Positions 52,562 to 64,000 of a stretch of DNA of 64,000 bases are shown here, piece after piece. The DNA is from Oopsacas minuta (Eukaryota; Animalia; Porifera), in NCBI GenBank assembly GCA_024704765.1, contig JAKMXF010000301.1:410292-474291 (forward strand). Reading direction: 5' to 3'. Positions within the stretch are counted from its first letter, which is position 1. Every line of letters starts with the position of its first letter. The notes beneath the pieces are model-generated. The model was not told the origin of the DNA. It worked only from the letters and a program-made list of their open reading frames with translations, and did no database searches. The position numbers and the translations under genes are program-made.

Positions 52562-55202
52562 GATCATCTTCCACTTTTAATCTATTCCTAGTGCTACTTT
52601 TTAGCTGTAGAAGAGTGAGAAAATTTGATTCATAGAGGTAAGTTGTGACAAATGGCAGAAGTTTTCGCAACACAATTCTTGTCAATGTGGGATATGAATC
52701 TTTCATTAAGCTCCAAAAAGTACTCAATTCCTCTCTTTCAAAGACTTCCTTTGCAGATCCATCATTGATAAGTTCTATTAATTCATCCTGAGCCCGATCA
52801 TCCTTATCAGGTATTGTTTGAGGAGATACAATGAATGGATTTCTGAGTAAAGTAAATTCGATGTCACCACATTCAGGAAAATAATGGGAAAATCAGATTC
52901 CATAGCTGCAAGGTGTCTAATGATAATACCTTTGATGTCCTCGTCTAGCCTGATATCTTTCTTCTCGAAAAGTTCAGATAACCCTTCGAACATACAAATG
53001 TTTCTATTTTCAATTTCTCTTTTCCAATTCTTAAGTTTCATTTGGAAAGCATTTAGTTCTCCATTCAAATCAAAAATATCGACAAGGTAAGCAAGATGCA
53101 CTTCGCTCCTCTCATCTGAGATTATTGCCAAAAATTTATGTTTTGCGTTTTGGTCAAGGAATACCTTTATCTCCGAAAGCAATATTTGGAATCGTTTAAG
53201 AATATTTCCCAATGAAAGCCAACGTACTTGAGTGTAAAAGAGTAGTGTTTTGGTGACTAGCGGTCATGTCCTCGCATAGTTCTCTGAATAGCCGTGTGTT
53301 AAGTGCACTGGATTTGATAAAGTTAACTATCTTTATTATTGTAGACATCATTTCTAAGAGCTGTGGCGGCATAGTTTTACAAGCTAGCGCTTGTCTATGG
53401 ATCACGCAGTGTACTCCTGTGACTTGTGGTGATATATTTTTAACAAGCTTTCGAAAGCCTGAACGCGAACCAAGCATAGCTGGTGCTCCATCACTACAAA
53501 CGCCACACAAATCCTTTCCCTCGAGTTTATTATCTTGGAAAAAACTGTCAATCAATTCAAAGACATCCTGTGTTCTGGTTGTGGTTTCAAGTTCACGACA
53601 GGACAAAAACTCGTACTTAAATTTATTATTGTGAATATAACGGCAGTATACCATTAATTGTGAGCATGATGAAACATCTGTAGACTCATCAAGTTGCAGT
53701 GTAAACAACTTAATAGGAGAAACGAGTAATTGTTTCACAATCTGTTTCAGGATATTATCCGACATATCAAAAAGAGGGATGCATGATAACTTTTGGCGAA
53801 TTCATTTGTAAAAATAAGTTGAACCATGTCCTTTGCACAAGGAAGTATGAGGTCCTCTCCAATTGTGTGAGGTTTGTACTTTCTTGCTATTCTTAAAGAT
53901 ACAAGGTATGAAGCTTCAATACAGGTGAACGACTGTTGTTGATAAGTGCCTGTTGTATCAAGTCTTGATCGCTTACAATTTCCATCCTTTTGAAAAATGA
54001 AGGGTCTTTAGATGAATGTTCACGATGACGAGTTTCGAGATGTCTTTGTAATTTACTCAGTTTCATTGAGTCGGCTGAGAGAGTCTCATTACATACGACA
54101 CATTGGGGGTTTAGAATTCCCGAATTTTGAATACAGGCAAATCCATAGTTAATATAATCTTCTGCGTACTTCCGCTTTTGTGGAGCCGTTGTCATGATAG
54201 TTGATTTTGATTTTAGAAAATTTCTATTACATAATTATTGCGTAAATGTACTTAAATAACATTAACTTACTAATGATACTGTAATAAATATATACTATGC
54301 ATATTGTTCAGTATAGTTGTTATAATTACATCATAAGTAAGTTTACACCATTCAAAATAATGTTTTGAAGTAACACCATAATACTATATGTTTTCAGACA
54401 CTAAAGTAACCATAAACAGCTTGGTCAAACGAAACAAAGATAATTGACAACTTGCTAAATTAAATCCCTCAACTGTTTATGAATTCGAGCTGACGCAATG
54501 TCCCACGACCCCCTCGAAATTGTTCAGCGAGCCTCTGTTTGGGAAACACTGATCTACGGAGAAAATGTGTATGGAGGAAGGATAGTAGGATATCGTACAA
54601 AAGAAATCCAAATGAATTGAAAATATATATTTCTTGCATATAAATATTAATCACGCGATAGAAAAAATTCAATTTTAGAAAATACAAGAAAACTTCGCTT
54701 TCTTGCGCTGCGGTGCTGGTGAACACTTTGTGTACGCGAGTTGCATCCTTCGGGTGCTCTTGTATTCTTTTTGAAATAGGGAGCAGGATAAAAGTAACGT
54801 GCCGCAAATTCCATAAATTTTCATACCTACTACCTGCATCGCACTTTTCAACCGTTTGGTAATACAAAAGAATGAGCTGTCAGAATTCGCATACTACCCC
54901 TCCCTTTGTAACGTTACGTAACGCTTGAACAGCTCTGATTATAAATAGTATAAATATAGAGTATACCAGTATATATAAACCATTATAACAACTTAATTTA
55001 GAGGTTCTAGGTCACTCATCCTACTATATAAAGTTGAGGAGACGTTTGTGAAACAGGTCAATATTTACCTGGTTGTCACGTTTTCCTTGGCCATTTTTCG
55101 CTAATTTTAGTGTTCTACTAGTTAAAACAATTTGAAAATTGCTTAGATATGTACCCCAATAAATTATTATATAATGGTTGCGTTTGTCATGTATTTATAC
55201 AC

Positions 55203-55625
55203 TAGAGCTGGGCTCTAGTAAAGCTCAGATCTGTTAGAGCACAATTTTCCCATATTATTGGTAAGACAATAAAATCACGGAAAATATCATGAACCAACTA
55301 AAATTATTCAATTTAATGTAATCTACAGTCAAAATAGTAAAAGCAGGGGTGGGACCCGAACAGAGGGCAGCAGGTTATAAAACAATGATCTTAACAACTA
55401 CGCAATAAAATACACTGATAAATAACCACTAAATACAATATGTTAAGAGCACAGGTCCACATTATATAGCAGAAAACACATAACCACAATTAAGAAGCAT
55501 AATCAATTGATCGAAACAAATTTCCATTAATATGAAACCAACAAAATACAAGACTTCATATTATGTATTGCATTATACTCACAACAAATATGGACGAAAT
55601 TATATTCTAGTAGAGCTCAGCTCTA
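55203..55625. mobile_element. Putative MITE with tagagctg(g/a)gctcta TIRs
   Basis: Inverted ends seen; no TSD match. Confidence 0.5.
55343..55404 (-). other. tRNA-like degenerate segment (A-box/B-box-like), possible SINE or tRNA relic
   Basis: gcgtagttgttaag ... gttcgggtccc; full cloverleaf not supported. Confidence 0.3.
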
Positions 55626-56321
55626 TATAAATTAATTCTTATACTCAATGAAAAAACAGTAGTTAAATATAAATAGTAAATTAATAGACAACAAAACATA
55701 GGTAAAGATTCATACCTTTGGCATATTTAAAAATTACAAAAATATACTTAGTATGTACGTACATACCTTCCATAATATTGTCGTGGTTACTTTGGCTAAT
55801 TATCGCGTAATTTATAATTAACAAACCATGGCTACAAGTCTGACAAAGTGTAATTTGAAAATTCTACGCAATATGGACTATAGAAATCTATTGTATCCTA
55901 ATTGAACTGAGTTAAAGCCTAGCATATCATAGGGCCAATTGATAAACACTCGAGTCTGATGGGTCAATACATTTTGAAATCTATCTCAGAGAGTTCTTAG
56001 GATATCGCTTAGATCTTAGGACATTTCCTAGAATAATGACATTTCATACACATGCCAAATTTTAATTTTGTAGTTCTTGTCCGTTCCTTAATCAATTTCC
56101 GAACAAAATCCATCGAGAAATATTTAATGGAGAAGATAAATCACATAATACAGAGAATAGCAAATAGGTAGATTAGACCCTCGATTATCCGACATCTCGG
56201 TTATCCGAACATTAGGGAGAGCATTTAGTATCTGAAAATTGTTCAAATTTCATCTTAAAGAAATGTTTTAGTCTACTTTTCACTAACAAGGCTAAACGGA
56301 AACAAAAATGTGTTTGGTTGC

Positions 56322-56828
56322 CAGACATGGGGTTAAATACATATGTATTTGTATTTGAGAGTATTGAAATACATTTTTCAAGTATTTGTATTCAAATACT
56401 TTATAAATACAATCAAATATGTATAATACACCCATAATAAGTTCCAAGCATTCTTATATGAGGTAGATGAAATTAGGCAACAATATACATAGTAGAATAT
56501 TATGCAGCTACATGGTAGTTATTAGGTTATAGTATAGTATTGGGTTTATTCATAGTTAGATTAAATAATACAAAAGTGAATTGTATATACTGCATCATTT
56601 GTCTATTAATTAGAGACGGGTACGGGGGATGGGAATTTTGTTAATATAATAACCATGGTCCAGGCAGAACACATCAGAATTTACATCGATTTTGGCGAAT
56701 TGTATTTGTATTTGTTCTTGAATACATTCCAAAGTATTTGTATTTGTGTTTGTATGTAAATACATTGTCATTTAAGAGTATTTGTATTTGTAGTTAAATA
56801 CTTTTCAAGGTATTTTACCCCATTTCTG
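56322..56828. mobile_element. hAT-type MITE with gtatttgtattt subterminal repeats
   Basis: TIR caga(c/a)atgggg(t)taaatac, perfect 8-bp TSD ttggttgc. Confidence 0.9.
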
Positions 56829-57698
56829 TTGGTTGCCAATTTTGAATTCATTAAATTCATTTTTATTCACAACACTAAAATATTCCTGCATTATGTCCAT
56901 CAGCTGTAAGGGTTAGAATGAATGCATTGATACTTGAACTGAGCTCGTGGAATCGCTGAACAATTTCAAATCCTCTGAATCACTCGGAGGTTAAAATAGT
57001 TACCAAAAGTTTTAAGACTAAGGAAATCTGACTCTACTTCCTCCTACTCTTCCTTGGCTCAGTCAGATCGTCCAAAATTGGCTCAAGAAAATAGAGCACT
57101 ATGAATAATTACTTAAGAAGCGTGAACTACAGGCAGCCTAACAACAATTGGATGGAGAAAAGTGGACGTGGTAAATCCTTATCCTAAAGATTATCTATCT
57201 TGTCCATAATATTCTGAAACAGATCCAGTTTTCTTGAAGTAATTCATTATATAGTGATTGGTTCAAGTGCAATCATCACTCCGAGATTCGATACAAGCGA
57301 ATCTTAAACAACGAAATTTAGCAAAGAGTTATTATCTAAACGTAAACTAGAACTTAGTTTTGCTGTGAAAAGTAAAGCCTAACCGGGAACAGACGAAACT
57401 TTAAAATCATTCACTTTATTGTGTTAAAATATTTTTTACGCCCAAAAAGCAATTATGTATGAATAAATATTTCTCTCACAGCCTACATAACTATAGCCTA
57501 TTCACGCTCTCAATTTTTCATAACCATGGATTACTTCAAGTCTATCTTATTATTGACCCATAATGTTCAAATACAATTTTATTAATATAATTTTGATACA
57601 GATTATATGGAGGATAATTATTATTCACTTGTTTATATTGATAACACACAATTATAAGCCAAGACACAACCTAAGTTGTCTGTATCAATGGGGTGCCT

Positions 57699-57866
57699 GC
57701 ATTAGGTCGAATTACGGTGTTGGCATTAGGTCGAATTCCGTGTGTTGGCATTAGGTCGAAATTTATATGTATGCATTAGGTCGAATTTCGTGTGTTGGCA
57801 TTAGGTCGAAATTTATATGTATGCATTAGGTCGAATTTCGTGTGTTGGCATTAGGTCGAATTCTAG
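57699..57866. repeat. Left TIR array, seven 24-25 bp units with core gcattaggtcgaa
   Basis: Direct reading. Confidence 0.95.
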
Positions 57867-58011
57867 TTGCATGTAGTAGGTTTCGTTCAAATGTTTACTT
57901 TGTTACTAATAATAACAATTTTGGTGTTTAATCCATACTAACAGTTCCTATTGTTCATTTAATATAAATTGGATGATGATTATAATATGTACATTATTGT
58001 GTACGTGCATC

Positions 58012-59610
58012 ATGGAATATTCATTCGACCAATACAAACGTAATACTGGAAAAGTTTACACCTCCTCTGATGGCTACAAATACTTCTGTCATAAATCTAT
58101 AGAAAATATTCTCTACTTAAGATGTGTACTATTCAGGAAAGGCTGTAAAGGAAGTGCGAAATTGGAAAAGGCTACGAATTTGATTTATCCTAAGTCAGAA
58201 CATAATCATGGGTTACAAGACTATCGTGCTGAAGTATATGCAATTAAAACAAAGTGCAAAACAACATCTCAAACCTCGCAACACAATCTGAGACACATAT
58301 TCAACGATGTTACGAGATCAAATCCCTCTGCTTCTCAAGTCACATTTAAAGAATGTGAATCGTCAATGTTTCGGGCAAGGAAAATATTACAACCTATGAT
58401 CCCACAGTCTGCTAGTAAATTTAGTGAAGTTCTACCCACAACAACCTTTGCAGTAAATCATAAGGCTACTGTCATTGTAGATGGTCGGATAGCTGTCATT
58501 TTCTTTTCTGACAAATTATACGATCTACTCGCAGATATTACCAATATCCAATTTGACCGGACATTCTACACCGTACCTAAACAATTTTACCAATTGTGGA
58601 CTCTTTTTCTTACAGTTGGGAGACATGCAATTCCAGCCATTCACTGCTTGCTGACTAATAAAGATGATGAGCTATACGTGGCAGTTATACAGAAGATACG
58701 AGAACTTGTTCCTCAGCTAGAACCGGATTGCGCAATGTCAGATTGGGAACAAGCAGCTCGGAATGCTGTCAAGCGAGTTTATCCAGGAATTAGGATGAAC
58801 GGGTGCTGGTTCCATTATACGCAAGCTATTTGGAGAAAAACTCAAAAGTATGGTTTGGCTTCGACTTGCCGAGGAAATTCGGAATGTGCATCATTCGTTA
58901 AGAAGATTATGGCAATTCCGTTTCTTCCAGCTGAATTGATTCTTCCAATATACAACCTTCTTCAAATTCCAACGTTGCAACAAAGTCAAATGAAGAAACT
59001 TGAAGTATTTTTGAATTATTTTGAGAAGCAGTGGCTAACTAAAATTGGTCCTGAAGAACTGTCAATCTTTAACCTTAAATATGTAACAAACAATGCAGCA
59101 GAAAGTTATCATGGAAAATTAAAGTCCATCATAAAATCAAGCCATCCAAGAATTTGGAATTTCTTGACTGTCATTAACAATATAATTGCTGACTATGATA
59201 ATGAAATGGCCGGGATACAGGAAGGAAGAGAGATAACGAGACCAAGCAAAAAGAAGAACGTAATGAATAATGAACATCGAAAGCGCTGCAAAGAAAAACT
59301 GTTAAGTGGGAGTTACTCTCCCATACAATTTCTCGAAAGAATTAGTTGCTATATAGGCAATGCTACTTCATTAGAAGACACAATTAATTCAGATGATTCT
59401 GATATGTTAGAGGAGCCTGAATCTTTTGGTAGTATTGAAACAAATAAATGCGTAGTTTGCCTACAAACAAGGAGCAGCACATGGGTATTCATGCCTTGCA
59501 GGCATGCAAATTGTTGCACACAGTGTAGCGACACAATTGATCAACTTCAACAGACTTGTCCAACGTGCAGAGGCATAATTGAAGGCAAATTTCAAATTTT
59601 TCTTAATTAA
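58012..59610 (+). CDS. Uninterrupted MULE transposase (FLYWCH-like N-terminus, DDE core) fused to a C3HC4 RING finger, 532 aa (ORF open from 57973)
   Basis: YLRC..GCKG..HNH; QFDRTF, MSDWE, CWFH, TNNAAESYH; CVVC..MPCRH..CCTQC..CPTCR. Confidence 0.92.
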   Translation: MEYSFDQYKRNTGKVYTSSDGYKYFCHKSIENILYLRCVLFRKGCKGSAKLEKATNLIYPKSEHNHGLQDYRAEVYAIKTKCKTTSQTSQHNLRHIFNDVTRSNPSASQVTFKECESSMFRARKILQPMIPQSASKFSEVLPTTTFAVNHKATVIVDGRIAVIFFSDKLYDLLADITNIQFDRTFYTVPKQFYQLWTLFLTVGRHAIPAIHCLLTNKDDELYVAVIQKIRELVPQLEPDCAMSDWEQAARNAVKRVYPGIRMNGCWFHYTQAIWRKTQKYGLASTCRGNSECASFVKKIMAIPFLPAELILPIYNLLQIPTLQQSQMKKLEVFLNYFEKQWLTKIGPEELSIFNLKYVTNNAAESYHGKLKSIIKSSHPRIWNFLTVINNIIADYDNEMAGIQEGREITRPSKKKNVMNNEHRKRCKEKLLSGSYSPIQFLERISCYIGNATSLEDTINSDDSDMLEEPESFGSIETNKCVVCLQTRSSTWVFMPCRHANCCTQCSDTIDQLQQTCPTCRGIIEGKFQIFLN

Positions 59611-59760
59611 CATCTCTTATACATTTCACAATGAATACCTGGTTAAGTAGTATTTTACACATTTCATATTTCACATTAAATTTCAATTCTCACATTTATT
59701 TAGAAATTAATCAATTAATGAATAAGACAATTGGAATTCGATTTAATGTAAACAATGAAA

Positions 59761-59947
59761 TTCGACCTAATGCATACATATAAAATTCGACCTAATGCCA
59801 ACACACGAAATTCGACCTAATGCATACATATAAATTTCGACCTAATGCATACATATTAAATTCGATACATTTTCAATTCGACCTAATGCCAACACACGGA
59901 ATTCGACCTAATGCCAACACCGAAATTCGACTTAATGCAGCGCCCCC
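59761..59947. repeat. Right TIR array, about seven inverted units ttcgacctaatgc
   Basis: Direct reading. Confidence 0.95.
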
Positions 59948-62900
59948 GTATCAATCACCAACTAGCTGTACATCCTCTGACCTAGTTTCAATAGTTCAAT
60001 TATTATTTACCGATATTTCCTTACTCCTTAGCAATATGCCTAATAGGTGTAGTGTGGCCAAAAGCTCTTGCAATTATGACGGAACTAATTATACTCCAGT
60101 GTTTGAAATGGCGAATCATTGGCCAAAAGAATTACAGGATGAATGGTAAAGATTCCTCCATAGAGGTAATGCATGGAAATTGGCAAAAGTCTTCATTTGT
60201 TCGAAACATTTCAATGACGATAACGTGTTAATTCACTTCGATATTCCTATGGGTGATGGTATAATGGAGAAAGTTTCAAGAAAGCCTGATCTTAAGAAAA
60301 ATGTCAAGCCCGTCAATCTACCCACCTGCCATTCGTATATACAAGGATCTTGCAAACAACCTGATCGTTTGGACCGAAATGAAATTGATATCCGACATTT
60401 TAGTTATGCTCTTGAGTTGAGTCGTGCTGAACATAAAAAGAAAACGATAGCTTTCTGTTTCTAATATTGATGAAATCCAGTTAAAGTATACAACAATTAA
60501 CTTAACTGAAAAATCGACTTTTAATCCCTCAAGCCAGGGTACATTGCATATTTTCAAGAATGAACTCTCTGGATCACTATTGACTATATCTCATCAGATC
60601 TGTATTGATGATGCTTTACATGTAGTGTTTTGTAAATGAAGTTGAAGTTCCATCCATAATCACTCGCCTCTATGATATTCATCAAATTTATCAGTTAACT
60701 AAAGCTTAACACACATGAACAAGATAAAGTTGAAATTGGTATCAATACTGCTATTCATTCGGTTAGATCTATCATAGAAAAATTTAGAACTTGTGAAGAA
60801 GATTCCCAGAGCATTAAAATTTTCAATTGTCTTCATTATATTTTGTGTCAACTTGAAAATTTGAAGGTTTCGAAGAACAACCACCGTATTAACATTTGTC
60901 CTACTTCTCAAGGCTCAATTAATCTCTTCATGTTGCTAGTTATCTGCAATCATTAGACTGTATCTCTCTGCCTCATCAATCCACTCTCAAACGTCTCTAT
61001 TCAAATATAGGTTTAGGCACAAGTTTTACAGATTATCTGAAGGTAGTATGCCAGGACTTCAACAAATTTAAGAAACATGAAATTCTACAGTTGGACGAAA
61101 TTCACGTAGGTCAGATTACACTTATAAACGGGGTAACATCTACGGTGCTTCTTTTCTACAAACTGATTCAAAACATCGAGAGAACAATTCTTTTGTATCT
61201 GATCCTGCTAAGACGGTTCTAGCATATCAAGTTTCAAGCCTTTTCACAAAGTGGCCTGAAATGGTGAAACTTCTACCTTGTTGTAATGCAAAATCTTCTG
61301 ACTTACTTCTAGTAGTGAAGCAAGTTATTATTGACATCGAGAAGTGTGATCTTAAGGAAGTAGTAATTTGTGCATATGAGTATCGACAAAACATGAGTTT
61401 ATTAAAGTCTCTAGCTGGTAGTACAAGTTTACAGCTAACTTGCCCTAACCCATCAGATCCTACAAGATCCATTTTCTTTATGTTTGGCCCGGTTCACATA
61501 GTGGAGCGTATCCGAAATAACTGGATAAATCAGAAGGATATTATATAACATTTATCTTTCCATCAATCGAGCAATACTTTAGTGAAATATTTCCTTATTG
61601 CCTTTCAACGCTTGATTCAAAGATCTCAGATATATATACAAGTCCGAGCAGTACTCCACTGCTAAGATTGCTCATAAATTATCATCAAAGTTGTATGCCA
61701 TCAGTTCTTGAAAGGCAAAGTGTCCCTTTAGCTCTTGCAGTTTGGGATCAGTTAACAACAATGCTGTGTTGATGTATAATGAAAAGAATAAGATACAACC
61801 AAACATATCAATTTATTTATCTCATTACCAGATTTAGGAAGATGTGTAACATTCATAGTCCAGGGAAAGATATTCGACTACGCGACCCCTGATTCAAAGT
61901 TGTTCCAGCTTGTAGATGATAGTTTTGTGTTCGATTCAAAGTTTGTATCTTGGCTTCAGGATTAGAAGAGCTATAGTTATAGTCTTAGAGCTGGAAAAAC
62001 TTAGTTCACAAACATTTACGAGCTAAATTCACACTTGTTATGCTAAGAATCATCGACTATTTAACAAGCAGTGATTGTGGATTTTCTTAGGTTGACAGGA
62101 TTTCTACAAAACGCTTCTCTTGAAAAACACTTTGGGGTTTACAGATTAATGTCTGGCTGTAATTACGACATTTTGGTCTGCCAAATACTTGAGAGCGAAT
62201 GTAGAATTAAAGTATCTAACATCATAAAGTTATGCAGAGCTCAAGCAGCAAATTTGAGACTTCAGTGAAGGAATTTGTTAAGAGTTTCTCATGTAACAAT
62301 GAACCTGATAATACTGAAATACTCCAAACAGACCTGAGCACAGAGTCTTTCTTCTCCATCAGAACTTTGATTTTCACTGATGACAGAAGTTCGCCAGTCC
62401 TTAGCTTTCATTGCTGGATATGCGATACAAGTTATTTGCAAATCAAAATTGTATTCAAAGAAACTTATTTCCAATCCCACCACTCCCACCACTCCCACCA
62501 CTTCATTATGTAATAGTTGTGTATCTTGGCTCGCATACAATGAATCATTTGCCCTGGAGAGTGAAGATTCTGACTTGAATCTGATATACTTAGCTGACCG
62601 AGAAGGCATTAAACATCCTTCAGATGAAGTTGTCAATGATAACTATGCGGAATATCCTATATAGAATCGAACAGGACAATCGACTGATGAGACACTTTCT
62701 TGCTGGTACCAATAAAACTATTCTTATTCAACTCACAATTTCGAGGATAGAATTTGGCAATTTTGATTTCTGGAGATTTGAGTGCCAAAGTTGTCAAACA
62801 CCATTCCATTGATATCTCAGCAAAATACTACAGCAATTATTTATTGAAGAATAAAGTTTGCAATCTAAACTCGAAAAGGAACTTGGAAAATTCCGCAGGG

Positions 62901-63343
62901 AATTAAAGAGGAAACTACCAAAATTACAGTCAGAATAGTGCTTGTATTTTCTAGTGCATATGTATATTGTGTTCATAATTTTCATACACAGTTTGTTTAT
63001 AGTGATAAATAATCATCACCACTATTCACTTCTATTGTATAAATTCATTGTGGACTATAATTAATATCATTTCATCCTGTATCGCTATTGTTGATATTTT
63101 GGATTTAAGACTTGAAGTAATCTATGGTTCAATACCGTGAATAAGCTATAGTTAGGTAGGCTGTGTATTTTTCTATATCGAATTTTAGAATGTTTCCCTC
63201 TAAGATTATGATGAAATGAATCTTTCCTTGGTTTCACAATATTGGCTAAAATATTGGATTCTAGTGTTTGATTCCGTTGCCCAGTGATGACAGGCAAATG
63301 GTGTACTGATCAACCTGCTCGTCAATATCTGTATAGCGGTATA

Positions 63344-63524
63344 CAGTGGAGTCTCCCAAAACGGACACTCAAGCGGACAACACCTCTACAACGAACAAGC
63401 TGTTGAGACGAAATAAGTTAATAATAAAGCTAAATAATACTTAAGCAATATCTGAGAAGCTGACATCTCACCAACGAAGGACATAATCTAATCCTATTAT
63501 GTCCGTTTTAGGGAGACTCCGCTG
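63344..63524. mobile_element. Small pogo-type MITE
   Basis: TIR cag(t/c)ggagtctccc.aaacggaca, TA TSD. Confidence 0.88.
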
Positions 63525-64000
63525 TATATCATTTTGTTGTGCCAAAATATTTTAATAAAGAAGCGCAGAATAGAAATGGGTGCATTACTTTGTAGTACTG
63601 TGATAGTGACGACTACAAATTAGTTACCCAGTTATGAAATAGATTGCTGCGCTTAGACACCTCAAATTACAAGAGATTAAGAGCTCAAATCTACCTAAAA
63701 TTGCTTAGAAGATCTCCTTTCATAGTTGGTTCGAAATTAGGATACAATTTGACACCTATCAAACTTTTATGGCCTTTAGCAAATATTATAAACCATAATT
63801 ACATACCATTCGAAATTGAACTTAATTATTCACCAATCAATTTTCAACAATTCGATTTGATAATATTAGGGAATAAAATAAAAAATTGTTACCTGTGCCG
63901 ACAGCTTTGTCTATTAAATTCAATTGGTGTAAAAATTGGCACTATTAATTGGAGGCACTATGAAAGGTTAGGTTTAATCCCAATGCACAAGGTGCTTCCA

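Larger units (their letters stand above)
49032..54551 (-). mobile_element. hAT (Buster/Charlie) transposon, transposase pseudogene 54195 to 49174, interrupted by Transib copy 3
   Basis: TIR cagtg(g/t)ttcccaaa; TSD atctaggg/atctacgg (7 of 8); YINYGF..PQCVVC, LQLDESTD, CSDGAP, HCVIHRQAL, TTYLYES, DDLR*ALS. Confidence 0.92.
57690..59947 (+). mobile_element. Mutator/Phantom-like transposon with foldback-type TIRs
   Basis: gggg..ctgcatta(g/a)gtcgaa ends, tandem subrepeats at both ends inverted, 8-bp TSD gtatcaat. Confidence 0.93.
57477..63165 (+). mobile_element. THAP/P-superfamily transposon copy 2 (pseudogene about 60036-62930), carrying the nested MULE-RING element
   Basis: TIR cacagcctac(a/c)taactatagc(c/t)tattcacg at both ends; MPNRCS..FICSKHF; RIRNNWINQ; LEKHFGVYRLMSG; net length close to copy 1. 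Confidence 0.87.

Noticed and set aside
7564-59524. Other CACAGTG/CACTGTG heptamers (about 7565, 11514, 14449, 16229, 43847, 59518)
   Set aside because: Several are expected by chance; none pairs with a partner end or a RAG1-like ORF
57699-59947. CRISPR-like repeat-spacer arrays
   Set aside because: Linkers are short and recurrent, arrays are inverted around a MULE ORF with a TSD, and there are no cas genes; these are foldback TIRs
57468-63174. 9-bp TSD tatttctct/tatttttct for P copy 2
   Set aside because: AT-rich and inconsistent with the 7-bp TSD of copy 1; left unresolved
275-63297. Numerous 60-130 aa ORFs in the supplied track
   Set aside because: Antisense or alternate frames of transposases, repeats or AT-rich noise with no recognisable motifs

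Overview
AT-rich eukaryotic (animal-like; host not identifiable from sequence alone) genomic window that is essentially a nested graveyard of cut-and-paste DNA transposons. I can delimit, mostly by TIRs and TSDs read directly: three Transib/RAG1-core-like elements with CACAGTG (RSS heptamer) termini, three THAP/P-superfamily elements with related TIRs, three hAT elements, one Tigger/pogo, two Tc1 (DD34E), one mariner (DD34D), one Chapaev3-like element, two KRBA2/Ginger2-like integrase remnants, three copies of a FLYWCH-like/MULE family, and many MITEs. At least seven insertions are nested in other elements. The only uninterrupted transposase ORF is a Mutator (Phantom-like) protein fused to a C-terminal RING finger (58012-59610), bounded by foldback-type TIR arrays and an 8-bp TSD; a diverged dead copy (496-2161) carries the same RING fusion. 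The only host-type gene is an N-terminal SAC2/INPP5F-like segment (6393-7268, minus) with no visible continuation. Most notable: bipartite asymmetric RSS-like TIRs on Transib-like element 1, a RAG1L-type C-terminal Cys/His tail plus a reconstructable 5-bp TSD on element 3, and the MULE-RING fusion. No rRNA, CRISPR array, intact tRNA or clear retrotransposon ORF was seen.
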